From Methanobacteriota archaeon (GTDB taxonomy: Archaea > Halobacteriota > Bog-38 > Methanoflorentales > Methanoflorentaceae), in assembly GCA_963720465.1 (NCBI GenBank), contig OY970393.1, positions 576,001 through 640,000 on the forward strand: a stretch of DNA of 64,000 bases, in the 5' to 3' direction. A program made the position numbers and the translations under genes. Numbering within the stretch: the stretch's first letter is position 1; each line of letters starts with the position of its first letter. Below the pieces are notes generated by a model that saw only the letters and a program-made list of their open reading frames with translations, was not told the DNA's origin and did no database searches. Of the stretch, positions 50,353 to 59,567 are shown piece after piece.

Positions 50353-51453
50353 TTATTCGATCCCCCACAACTTGCGGTGAATTTCGCGAAGTTCCTCAGG
50401 CTTATCCTCGAGGCATAGCGGCGGCCTAAAAGATCCCATAACCCCCATTGCTTTGTCAGTTTTTCGGATCGACGCTTGTGGATCTTTTTCAGTCTCCGTG
50501 ATCGCCCTAATGCAATCAATATTGTCCAAAATTATGTCGGCCTCTTGATGAACAGCCTGCATATAGAATACCTCGTTGCCTACGACGTTAACGCTTTCTT
50601 CCCAAATCGGGATCTCCCAGAGGTCATAACGCGGCCTTCCTAGGTCTCTGCTTAACTCGATAATCTCCGCGGTAGAGCCTAGACCATCCCCAGCCCGCAC
50701 CAGCATCAGCCTCATGCGGCTATAAAACTCCTTGAGCACATCTTCTCGAGAGACGCTGTTTTCTACTTCGATCATTATGTTATGCTGATGCATAAGCGTT
50801 GTCGAGACGAGCACTGCCATGGTCGCGACGTTCCACTCCGGCATCACGGTATTCACGTCTGGGCCGTGGTGCGACGGAACCGTAGGCGGATTTGGAATAA
50901 TCGCGTTGATCGGCCCTTTCTTGACTTGAATAGGGTCAGCACCCCTACGAACCAGAACCACTCGCGCCTTCTTGATGCCAGCGACGTTATCTACCGCGGA
51001 CAGGGAGCGACACAATCCGGTCGTATTGCAGGATACCACCCGAACGTAATTCTTTCCAAGAGCTTCATGGTAGTTGCAATAGGCATTAAATGAGACTCCA
51101 ATTGCGTTATGTTTCTCCCCGCCTTCAAATATGGCCTTGATGCCTAACTTCTTATAGGTCGTTTGCAGGTTCTGCGCACCCATTCCTTCTGGGGTCGCGT
51201 CCACCACAACGTCAGCTTCGCCTAGCATGTCCATCGTCGTACCGGCGACCTCCAACCCTGCGGCATTAAAAGCTGCTATTTTGTCCTCTTCGGATGCATA
51301 GAGGTTGTAACCCTTCTGAATGGCGACAAAGGCTTCAAAATTTGGCCGCGTTTTTGCCACTCCGACTAGCTCCATGTCGTCCTGCTTGGCTACTGCGTCT
51401 GCAACCCGCTTACCGATGTTTCCATAACCATTTATTGCTACTTTTACGGCCAT
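50353..51453 (-). CDS. gap: Archaeal (type II) glyceraldehyde-3-phosphate dehydrogenase
   Basis: [37 protein letters not shown]. Confidence 0.96.
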   Translation of the reverse strand: MAVKVAINGYGNIGKRVADAVAKQDDMELVGVAKTRPNFEAFVAIQKGYNLYASEEDKIAAFNAAGLEVAGTTMDMLGEADVVVDATPEGMGAQNLQTTYKKLGIKAIFEGGEKHNAIGVSFNAYCNYHEALGKNYVRVVSCNTTGLCRSLSAVDNVAGIKKARVVLVRRGADPIQVKKGPINAIIPNPPTVPSHHGPDVNTVMPEWNVATMAVLVSTTLMHQHNIMIEVENSVSREDVLKEFYSRMRLMLVRAGDGLGSTAEIIELSRDLGRPRYDLWEIPIWEESVNVVGNEVFYMQAVHQEADIILDNIDCIRAITETEKDPQASIRKTDKAMGVMGSFRPPLCLEDKPEELREIHRKLWGIE

Positions 51454-51602
51454 TTGCACCCCTCATTCCAGTTTTGCTTCGCTCAGACCGGATTAGTGCC
51501 GATCTTAACTTGTGGCATTAACTCCAGAAGTAATAAGTTTTGGGATTCATTTCAACGCTGCTGCCGCTATACGCTGGCATCCGCCGTAACCAAACTTCTC
51601 AT

Positions 51603-52757
51603 TCAACTGAACTGCGTCAGATTTGTCTGCGACAGCTGTTTTTTCAAAAAAAGAGTGTTGGCTGGAACTTTGACACGCGCCCGGACGTTTCGGAGGGCAT
51701 CAGCGATACTTTCAAAGATCAAGGGTTGTTGAGAGAAAGCCTCCTTGACGAGCTCTCGAATAACCCAGCTTCCGAGAGGGATATCATAAGTGGGTTTGAC
51801 TTCACGCATCACGTATATGGCTGCCTGCCTCCTTCGCTGCTCAAGAAACTCAAGCGCAGAGAATCGGGCTGCGTAATAGCCCCCATCCATATACCTGGGC
51901 TTGTTCATCGCATCTTCATACAAGTCGCCAATCTCGACCTTGCCGGCCTCTGAAAGCCACATTTCCGTCCATCCGAAAGCATACACGCGAGGAATAAGGA
52001 GGATCTCGAAGTGGTTTCCAAAAGCTTCTGAGAAAAACAGCTGAACCTCTGCGTTCTCCGGGTAACTGCGCACCCGTTTCAACAGACTGTTGCCCAGAAT
52101 GGAATCGGTTGCCGTGATAGACCAACGTGTTGGGACGATCAAGCGTTTTTCCCCCAACGTGCCGACCGACAGAAGCCGACTTATTTGATAGGGGGATATT
52201 GAGTTCTCGTACAAGATGGTTGCCGCCTCTGCGGCCTTGATGTCCCGATCCTCGGCAAGCATGTCCACTTTCTTAGGGACGTGCGGGTTCTCAACTATCT
52301 CTATGTCGGTCACAGTGCCAGACGGGCCCATAGGCGTGAGTATACTGTCAAAACGAAGCGTGCGCTTCGGCGGCGTCAAGAACTTTACCTCCACGTCGAC
52401 CGGAAGCGCGGCCATTGCAAGCTCCTGCGTCTCCTTAAGCAGTCGGTCAGGGTCTCGCGCATCTCGTACGTTCAACTTGAAATTGGATCGGACCAGATTC
52501 GACCTCAGCCCGATTATTTGCTCCCTGCTGAAGTGGAGCCACTTGTCTGGCGTATCCGCGAGTGCCACCTCCATATCTATAGGAGAGACCAACGGCCCCG
52601 TAAGAACTTCAGGGTAACCGAATCTTCCGACAAACGTGGAGGGCGGCGTGGCACCAAATAGATCCTTCTCTAATTTACCCAGCTTGAAGGAGTTCAACAG
52701 GAGCTCTTTTCGAGTTAGGTTTCCCGATGCAGTTCTCACAACAGACATTTTTGTCAC
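51603..52757 (-). CDS. nreA: Nre family DNA repair protein
   Basis: TPPSTFVGRFGYP, VPTRWSITATD, GGYYAAR, PLGSWVIRE, C-terminal PIP box QTNLTQF. Confidence 0.9.
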   Translation of the reverse strand: MTKMSVVRTASGNLTRKELLLNSFKLGKLEKDLFGATPPSTFVGRFGYPEVLTGPLVSPIDMEVALADTPDKWLHFSREQIIGLRSNLVRSNFKLNVRDARDPDRLLKETQELAMAALPVDVEVKFLTPPKRTLRFDSILTPMGPSGTVTDIEIVENPHVPKKVDMLAEDRDIKAAEAATILYENSISPYQISRLLSVGTLGEKRLIVPTRWSITATDSILGNSLLKRVRSYPENAEVQLFFSEAFGNHFEILLIPRVYAFGWTEMWLSEAGKVEIGDLYEDAMNKPRYMDGGYYAARFSALEFLEQRRRQAAIYVMREVKPTYDIPLGSWVIRELVKEAFSQQPLIFESIADALRNVRARVKVPANTLFLKKQLSQTNLTQFS

Positions 52758-52826
52758 TGAATGTTTATATATAAGGGGTGGCGAAGGGCGCTATGTCAGA
52801 CGAAATAACGCCCCCGTCAAGCGATT

Positions 52827-53576
52827 ATGGTCTCCGAAGGACATCCCCGTTATGCGTCACTGATGCTACGCAATAAACTCGTAGAAGGCTATGAACGAGG
52901 CATCACCAGTGCTCATGGCCTTATTGCACACGGGAGAGGCGAAGCGTTTGATTATCTGCTGGGGGAGCGAACGAGCGAGAGTGCGCGCAAGGCTACCAAA
53001 GTTGCGTGCGCCCATTTGCTCACCGCACGCTGTCCGGTACTCTCAGTTAATGGGAACACTGCCACGCTCGTACCAGACGAAATAGCCGAGTTGCACGCAA
53101 TTACAGGCATCCCCGTAGAGATTAATCTGTTTCACCCATCAGCACGGCGCATAAAAAGAATCGCGGATCACTTACAGGCGCACGGCATAGCAAACGTTTT
53201 GACTGGGTTCGATTTCATTAAACTCGCGCACATAGCAAGTGATAGGGCAAACGTAGACAAGAACGGGATATTCAAAGCTGACGTGGTATTTGTTCCGCTG
53301 GAAGACGGCGATAGAGCTCAAGCCCTAACTGAACTCGGAAAAACCGTTTTGACGGTGGATCTAAATCCACTTTCTCGAACTGCAGTGACGAGTACCGTTA
53401 CAATCGTCGACGAAGTGACGCGAGCGTTGAAGAACCTCGTTAGTTTTGCGAAGCGCTTTGAAAGCGACGACCACCAAGATGAACTGAACTTGCTCAAAGC
53501 GTCGTTTGATAACCTAGAGAACCTGAAAGCGTCGTACGCTATCATGCGGAAGCAGCTGAGGTCTCTAGCGCGATGA
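52827..53576 (+). CDS. pps: Phosphopantothenate synthetase
   Basis: HPRYASL, GLIAHGRGEAFDYLLGE, SVNGN, VPLEDGDR, DLNPLSRT. Confidence 0.95.
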   Translation: MVSEGHPRYASLMLRNKLVEGYERGITSAHGLIAHGRGEAFDYLLGERTSESARKATKVACAHLLTARCPVLSVNGNTATLVPDEIAELHAITGIPVEINLFHPSARRIKRIADHLQAHGIANVLTGFDFIKLAHIASDRANVDKNGIFKADVVFVPLEDGDRAQALTELGKTVLTVDLNPLSRTAVTSTVTIVDEVTRALKNLVSFAKRFESDDHQDELNLLKASFDNLENLKASYAIMRKQLRSLAR

Positions 53577-53584
53577 AGCGCGAC

Positions 53585-54097
53585 TCATTCGCCGTTCACA
53601 ACATCCACGTCGTACTCAAGATTGCTGGGGACCTTGACGGTGAAAAGGTAGAGTTTGTAGTCGTGCCTCCTCGCGATCGCCGCAGCCTCTTTTGAGACCT
53701 CTGATCGTTGAGTTTCGACTTTGGCTAAAGCTAGCTCGTTGTCAGCGCGGACTACAAAGTTGTAGAGGGTTTTGTCGCTCAAGTCATTCAAAAAATCTAC
53801 TAGCTTTTTCAGTTCCTTCCACGTACTTGCGATGTATGCATCTTTATCGACTGAGTTGGAGACGTACCAGTCACGCGTCATGTGAGGATACGCCTTGTAC
53901 TGCTCGTCGACATCGTTGTACGCTTTAAAAATTCTCCGCGAGTCTCTCAAACTGGTATACTTCAGACCGCCCTTCTTGAAATAGCGACTGACTACTATCT
54001 CGCCTATCGCGTTAAGATCTTCTTGTTCAAGTCGCATAGGAAAACTCCTTTTAACCAGGCTCTCTAATAGCATTGCTGTATGATATTCCTTTTCCAT
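53585..54097 (-). CDS. Hypothetical protein, possibly a degenerate PD-(D/E)xK fold
   Basis: 170 aa filling the gap between two known genes; GEIVVSRYFKKGG and YNFVV....LALAKVET. Confidence 0.7.
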   Translation of the reverse strand: MEKEYHTAMLLESLVKRSFPMRLEQEDLNAIGEIVVSRYFKKGGLKYTSLRDSRRIFKAYNDVDEQYKAYPHMTRDWYVSNSVDKDAYIASTWKELKKLVDFLNDLSDKTLYNFVVRADNELALAKVETQRSEVSKEAAAIARRHDYKLYLFTVKVPSNLEYDVDVVNGE

Positions 54098-54154
54098 TCC
54101 TTTACAACATAGAACAGGTAGAAATAAATATTATGATTTCTCGACGGATGATCC

Positions 54155-54841
54155 ATGGCTGTTCCTAAAAAGATCAAATGCACGGTGACGAATTGGAACT
54201 ATATCTATGACCTGTGCCGCGATTTATCATCAAGTGTCGTGGAGTCAGGATACGAGCCAGATGTTATCGTAGCGCTCGCGCGCGGGGGCTGGTTTGCCGC
54301 CCGTATCGTCTGCGATTTTCTCGGCATTTCGGATTTGATCAGCCTTAAGGTTGAACACTATGTAGGGACTGCGCGCTTGGCAGACGAGTGCAGAGTTCGA
54401 TACCCGATCGCAGAAGAAATGGTTAAGGACAAACGGGTGCTCATTGTAGATGACATTGCGGACACGGGAAAAAGCCTTCACCACTCTTCAGACTACCTAA
54501 GAGAGTTCAAACCGGCTGACTGCAAGACGGGGGTACTACAGCTGCTCTTTACGTCAGAAACTAAGCCTGACTACTTTGCCGAGTTTCTCGAAGAGTGGAT
54601 GTGGGTGGTGTATCCGTGGAATTTCATCGAAGACATGATTGACTTGATAACGAAGCTGATGGCCACAGAGAGAAAAGAGGTGTGGAACGAAAAGTCAATC
54701 AAAGCGGGGCTGAACCATTGGTTCTTGATCGATCCCATTCATTTGGACATAGCTCAACCCGGACGCCTGCCGGAGATCTTGAAAGAGATGCAAAGGAGAG
54801 GGATTTTAGCACTTGGTGCGGCAGGCTGGAAGCTAAAATGA
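54155..54841 (+). CDS. Purine phosphoribosyltransferase family protein
   Basis: VALARGG, VLIVDDIADTGKS, WVVYPW. Confidence 0.9.
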   Translation: MAVPKKIKCTVTNWNYIYDLCRDLSSSVVESGYEPDVIVALARGGWFAARIVCDFLGISDLISLKVEHYVGTARLADECRVRYPIAEEMVKDKRVLIVDDIADTGKSLHHSSDYLREFKPADCKTGVLQLLFTSETKPDYFAEFLEEWMWVVYPWNFIEDMIDLITKLMATERKEVWNEKSIKAGLNHWFLIDPIHLDIAQPGRLPEILKEMQRRGILALGAAGWKLK

Positions 54842-55692
54842 ATGCTGAAATTGGTTTTGTAGGCGGCACCGGTTTCTACAGTCCTGATCTCCTCGAAGAT
54901 GCAACAACGCTGGCAATCAGTACCCCATTTGGTCCTCCATCAAGCGACATAATCGTCGGACTGGTGGAAGGAAGAGCTTGCGCTTTTCTGGCCAGACACG
55001 GAGCAGGACACCGTTTTTCGCCGAGCCGCATAGATTACCGCGCGAACATCTACGCCCTGAAAAGCTTAGGCATCACTCATGTTATCGCAATCTCCGCGGT
55101 AGGCAGCCTGAAAGAGGAAATAAAGCCGCTTGAAATGGTCATCCCCGACCAACTTTTTGATAGGACTAAGCTGCGATCAAATACATTTTTTGAGGATATT
55201 TGCGTGCACATAAGCTTCGCCGACCCATTTTGTCGCGACTTGTCACAGGAGTTGTATCGCGCCGCGCAACGCGTCGGATGCAGTGTCAAGAAAGGCGGTA
55301 CGTACATCTGCATTGAGGGCCCGCAATTTTCGACCCGCGCAGAATCAAACGCATATCGGCATATGGGCTTCGACATTATAGGGATGACGGCACTGCCGGA
55401 GGCAAAACTCGCGAGAGAGGCAGAGATGTGCTTCAGCATGTTGGCCACAGTCACTGATTACGACGTGTGGCGCGAGGAGGAAGTGACTATTGAAACGGTC
55501 ATAAACAACGTCAACAGAAATGCCGCGAGCACGCAAGAAATCATCCAGGAAGTGGTGCCCCACCTCCCAATAACAAACGGCTCTTGCCAGTGCAGAAACG
55601 CACTCAAGGACGCTATAGTGACGAGCACAGAGGCCATTCCAGACGAGGTGTCCGAAAAGCTTCGTCCGATTGTGGGAAAGTACATCAACTGA
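54838..55692 (+). CDS. mtnP: S-methyl-5'-thioadenosine phosphorylase
   Basis: GGTG, TPFG.PS, LARHG, YRANI, EGPQFSTRAES, IGMT, VTDYD. Confidence 0.93.
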   Translation: MNAEIGFVGGTGFYSPDLLEDATTLAISTPFGPPSSDIIVGLVEGRACAFLARHGAGHRFSPSRIDYRANIYALKSLGITHVIAISAVGSLKEEIKPLEMVIPDQLFDRTKLRSNTFFEDICVHISFADPFCRDLSQELYRAAQRVGCSVKKGGTYICIEGPQFSTRAESNAYRHMGFDIIGMTALPEAKLAREAEMCFSMLATVTDYDVWREEEVTIETVINNVNRNAASTQEIIQEVVPHLPITNGSCQCRNALKDAIVTSTEAIPDEVSEKLRPIVGKYIN

Positions 55693-55694
55693 GC

Positions 55695-56384
55695 TCATCG
55701 TCTGAGACGGAGTTCTATTCTGCTTAGGACGCCCCTGAGCGTTCTCACCTCTGAAGTGCTCAGTTCTGATCTGCCGTGGATGCGCTTAAGGTTGAGAAGC
55801 ACGCGACGCCGTTTGTGCGCTGGAAAGTCGATTGCTTCGAGAACTTCGCTTGTGTGCTCAAGCAATCGATCCAAGTCAGCGTGGGTTGCAACCGTTCGTT
55901 TTGCAGCAGGGGTCGTAGCGCTAGCAGCTATACAGTACAATATGACTGCAGCAGCGTGTGAAATGTTCATTACTGGATATCGCGTGCTTGTCTCAACGTT
56001 GACGACGATGTCGCATTCTTGTAACACTTCGTTCGAAAGTCCTTGATCTTCAGCGCCAAACAGTATTGAGGCGATGCCGCGCATTTCAGAGAGCTTAACG
56101 CCGAGCCTCGCAAGCTGGTACGGCGCCCTAAGATGAGATTTTGATCCGACAATTCCTGTGGTTCCTATCACCAAATTAGAAGCAACTAGAACATCTTCGA
56201 GTGTCTTAAGTCGCGCCGCGTCGAGAACATCCTGGGCATGAGACGCCATTGCTCGTGCGAAAGACCCTAGCTCGCACGGGTCGATCAGTGTGAGCTCTGA
56301 ATAACCAAAGTTCTTCATAACGCGAGCCACAGCGCCCACGTTACCTTCATAAACAGGATTCACCAGTACGACTTCGATATCCAT
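55695..56384 (-). CDS. trmJ: TrmJ-family SPOUT tRNA 2'-O-methyltransferase
   Basis: GNVGAVARVMKNFG, FGAEDQGLSNE, YPVMNISHA. Confidence 0.9.
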   Translation of the reverse strand: MDIEVVLVNPVYEGNVGAVARVMKNFGYSELTLIDPCELGSFARAMASHAQDVLDAARLKTLEDVLVASNLVIGTTGIVGSKSHLRAPYQLARLGVKLSEMRGIASILFGAEDQGLSNEVLQECDIVVNVETSTRYPVMNISHAAAVILYCIAASATTPAAKRTVATHADLDRLLEHTSEVLEAIDFPAHKRRRVLLNLKRIHGRSELSTSEVRTLRGVLSRIELRLRR

Positions 56385-56522
56385 TTGCAAAATTTGAGTC
56401 GACCTTGCACGCCGACTGAGGTTTCAGAGTTGTCTCCGATTGACTCTAGCGTGGTCGACGAAGTCCGCTGTGCTTCTGGCACGTTTTTGAGTAAACGCAG
56501 TCCGAGGCGTTATCTCGTGCAA

Positions 56523-56840
56523 CTAGTCGTATTCTCGCCACGTCTTGCCGCACTTCGTACATCGAAAGAACCGTACTTCGCTCTCATCTGCGGAACGCAA
56601 TTGTCTGAGCCACCAGTAGGCTTTGTCGTTGCCACATTCAGAACAATGCGCCTTGATTGTAGGCAAGCCGGCTTCTGAATCGCCTTCGATTACCAACATA
56701 GTCCGTGTATTGCGAGAGATCTCGTGAATGTGCTTCTGCTTAGCTAATTGACTTTTTTCTTTAGTGAAGCCGCACGACCGGCACGTCACCAAGCCTTCTT
56801 CAGGAAGCATAATACTCTTGCACTTTGGACAGAATTCCAT
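56523..56840 (-). CDS. tfs: Transcription elongation factor S
   Basis: FCPKC...CRSC, CSECG, QLRSADE, FFRCTKCG..WR. Confidence 0.96.
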   Translation of the reverse strand: MEFCPKCKSIMLPEEGLVTCRSCGFTKEKSQLAKQKHIHEISRNTRTMLVIEGDSEAGLPTIKAHCSECGNDKAYWWLRQLRSADESEVRFFRCTKCGKTWREYD

Positions 56841-57031
56841 GTTGATCACAGATACCGATTACGCATCGCTTCTTACGAGTGAATTTGTTGTATCTTGTAC
56901 GATAAATATATAGGCCGCTGCTGCGACGCTAACACAGACAAAACTCCGGCCGCAGTTAGAGGAACACAGGAAAAAGCGGAGTCAAAATAGTTATATGCCA
57001 GTGTTATTATAAGGCGTTGTGAACTGATGGA

Positions 57032-57835
57032 GTGATACGGCCGTTGGTGGACTTCATACAACCTTTGTTGTGGATTGCGCTCGTTCTTTTCCTAATAGCA
57101 ATCGCTGCGCCGCGTAAGTTCACATATCCGCTCGGAGCTGCCGGCTGGGTTTTTTTCGCGCTCTACTGGGCATACCAACCCGTGAATTATCTCGCAATTG
57201 ACGATTATTTCAACATCTTAGTATGTCTTCTTGTTGCTGTTTTTTGCGGCGGCGTCGGCTATGTGATGTGGACGAAAGCTGACGACTTAACATTGCTCAT
57301 TACAAAAGCCGCAGCAGTAGGCGGCATATTCTACTTTTCCTTCGCACAATTTTCATCTCTCAGCCATGCTTTGATAGCGGCAGTGGCATCGCAGACTGCC
57401 TTGCTATTAAACTCTTTAGGCGTCCCGGCAGTGCAGGCCAACTGGAACGTGTTGACGCTTAACGGCGCCCCAGTTCAATTCATCCTCGCCTGCACTGGCA
57501 TTCAAAGCATCGCACTGTTCCTTGGGGTCGTAGCCTGCGTTTCTGCCCCTCCGCGCAGAAAATTGGCGGCATTCATGGTCTCTATCCCCACAATCTACGT
57601 TCTAAACATCCTTCGTAATGCGTTTGTGCTCGCAGCCACCGGTAACCAATGGTTTGGATTGCCGGCAAACAGTTTCTACGTGTCGCACGACGTCATTGCA
57701 AAATTTGGATCCTTGGTTGCATTGATGCTCATCTCTTACTTGGTGTTCCTTATACTCCCCGAATTACTTGACACGGTAGTCGGCGTATTTGATTTGCTGA
57801 AAGGAGGCGTGATGCGTGGTAGCAAAGGGGTCTGA
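57032..57835 (+). CDS. artA: Archaeosortase A
   Basis: Polytopic; ILACTGIQS, LNILRN, SFYVSH..IAK, LPEL. Confidence 0.9.
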   Translation: MIRPLVDFIQPLLWIALVLFLIAIAAPRKFTYPLGAAGWVFFALYWAYQPVNYLAIDDYFNILVCLLVAVFCGGVGYVMWTKADDLTLLITKAAAVGGIFYFSFAQFSSLSHALIAAVASQTALLLNSLGVPAVQANWNVLTLNGAPVQFILACTGIQSIALFLGVVACVSAPPRRKLAAFMVSIPTIYVLNILRNAFVLAATGNQWFGLPANSFYVSHDVIAKFGSLVALMLISYLVFLILPELLDTVVGVFDLLKGGVMRGSKGV

Positions 57836-58403
57836 ATATTGGATTCTGGCGGGGGCCGCGCTAACGGTGTTCACGGGATTCTTCACTCCGTACGCGTTCC
57901 TCGTAATGGTCCCTACACTATTCCTTCTTCTTTTTTTTAGAGATCCTGAACGGTTATCGGACAGCCATAACGCGACCGACATAGTCAGTCCCGCAGACGG
58001 CAGAGTGCTAAAGATACAAGGCAACCAGCTCAGCATTTTTATGAACATCCATAACGTACACGTCAACAGAGCTCCTGTCAATGGTGAAGTCATCGACATA
58101 CGTTACCACAAAGGAGGTAGACTCCCCGCTTTTCACAAGGAATCGGACAAAAACGAGCGGAACAGTATTACTATACGAACTCGGCTCGGGAATGTTGTCG
58201 TCACCCAAATCTCAGGTGCAGTTATCAGACGGATCGTATGCTACGTCAAGCAAAATGAAATTCTCGGGAGGGGCCAGAGAATAGGCATGATTCGATTTGG
58301 CTCACGGGTCGACGTTGCACTCCCTAGCAGTTACTCATTCGTCGTATCGCGAGGGCAAAGAGTCAAAGCGGGAAAGACGACAATCGCTAGATTGGTCATA
58401 TAG
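57816..58403 (+). CDS. psd: Archaetidylserine decarboxylase
   Basis: FFRDPER, SPADG, SIFM...NVHVNRAP, NER, IRFGSRVD (self-cleavage GS). Confidence 0.93.
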   Translation: MVAKGSEYWILAGAALTVFTGFFTPYAFLVMVPTLFLLLFFRDPERLSDSHNATDIVSPADGRVLKIQGNQLSIFMNIHNVHVNRAPVNGEVIDIRYHKGGRLPAFHKESDKNERNSITIRTRLGNVVVTQISGAVIRRIVCYVKQNEILGRGQRIGMIRFGSRVDVALPSSYSFVVSRGQRVKAGKTTIARLVI

Positions 58404-58414
58404 CGGCAGGTGTT

Positions 58415-59095
58415 ATGTGGTTACCTTTTGATATGGAAATAAGAGAGCAGGATGTTGCTACAATAGTGAACTTGCTGTTTGGCACGCTAGCCATCCTCTT
58501 TCTAGCGGAGGCCAACAACATTGGTATCGCCGCAGCGTTTGTTCTGGTGTGCGTCCTCGCCGACGGAGCTGATGGTTACCTCGCTAGAACACGAGGACAA
58601 GGAAGCCTCGGGTTCCAGCTCGACTCACTCGCAGATTTCGTTTCTTTCGGGTTGGCGCCGTCAATCCTGGTGTACTACGTGGTCAGAGACGCCGTCGGCT
58701 ATCGCAGTCTCTTCTTTTTGATCTTCGTCGTGTCATTCCTATACTTAGTCAGCGGGATGCTGCGGCTAGCGCGGTACAACGTCGCCCCTCAGGAAGCCAT
58801 TTTCTCCGGGCTGCCCATCACTGCGGCTGGCATGATAGTCGCGCTATATGTTCTTACGGGACTTCCACCCGTCGGCTTGCTGGCAGTCGGTCTCGTCCTA
58901 GCAGGACTGATGGTCAGCGATGTCACGTACCCGAAAGTTAGAAATACAATTACTCTGGCCGTTGTGGGCGCATTAATCCTCCTCATTCTCCTTCTCTACG
59001 CGATCGAAACGAATTATTCGATTATCTCTGCCCTTCTCCTCCTACTCTCGATTGTGTATGTGCTGAACCCCTTGTACCGGAGGTATTTCAGATAA
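58415..59095 (+). CDS. pssA: Archaetidylserine synthase
   Basis: DGADGYLAR, G.QLDSLADFVSFG.AP, LRLARYN, FSGLP. Confidence 0.92.
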   Translation: MWLPFDMEIREQDVATIVNLLFGTLAILFLAEANNIGIAAAFVLVCVLADGADGYLARTRGQGSLGFQLDSLADFVSFGLAPSILVYYVVRDAVGYRSLFFLIFVVSFLYLVSGMLRLARYNVAPQEAIFSGLPITAAGMIVALYVLTGLPPVGLLAVGLVLAGLMVSDVTYPKVRNTITLAVVGALILLILLLYAIETNYSIISALLLLLSIVYVLNPLYRRYFR

Positions 59096-59424
59096 ACGAG
59101 AGAGACCAAGCGCTTTTCGAAGCAGGCATAAAACTTGGTGCACTATATCATCAGTACGTCGGCGCACCACTCGATTTAGACACAATTACGACCCTTGAAA
59201 AAGCAATAGAAGAAAGTATACGGGTACAACCCTACGTTGAGAACATTACCGTCAGAATCAACAGAGACCGCGTAGCTTCGAAAATCAACAAATTTGGCTA
59301 CGCAGAACTTGAAGGCAAGATGCTCGACGTCCAGCTTGTTGTCGCCTATGGGACAGCCAAAGTGCTCGTGAAGATGCAGTACGACGAGGACGCTGACTAT
59401 CCGCTGATGTTTATCGAAAGGTAG
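59092..59424 (+). CDS. mptD: Archaeal dihydroneopterin aldolase (methanopterin pathway); apparent ATA start
   Basis: Absent from the ORF track. Manual translation INERDQALFEAGIKLGALYHQYVGAP...LEKAIEESI..QPYV...GYAELEGKML...DYPLMFIER* (110 aa); GGAGGT at 59079-59084. Confidence 0.9.
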   Translation: MNERDQALFEAGIKLGALYHQYVGAPLDLDTITTLEKAIEESIRVQPYVENITVRINRDRVASKINKFGYAELEGKMLDVQLVVAYGTAKVLVKMQYDEDADYPLMFIER

Positions 59425-59567
59425 CAAATTAGTACCTCGCGCGGTTTCGCGCTGAAGCAAAGACGCCAATTTGCGGAATCGCCGGAAAGCCTTATTTTAA
59501 GCTTTAATTAGTTCGTAACTGCTTCGCTCACATTTATGTGGGATGATTTGCATAGTGTTTAATCTGC

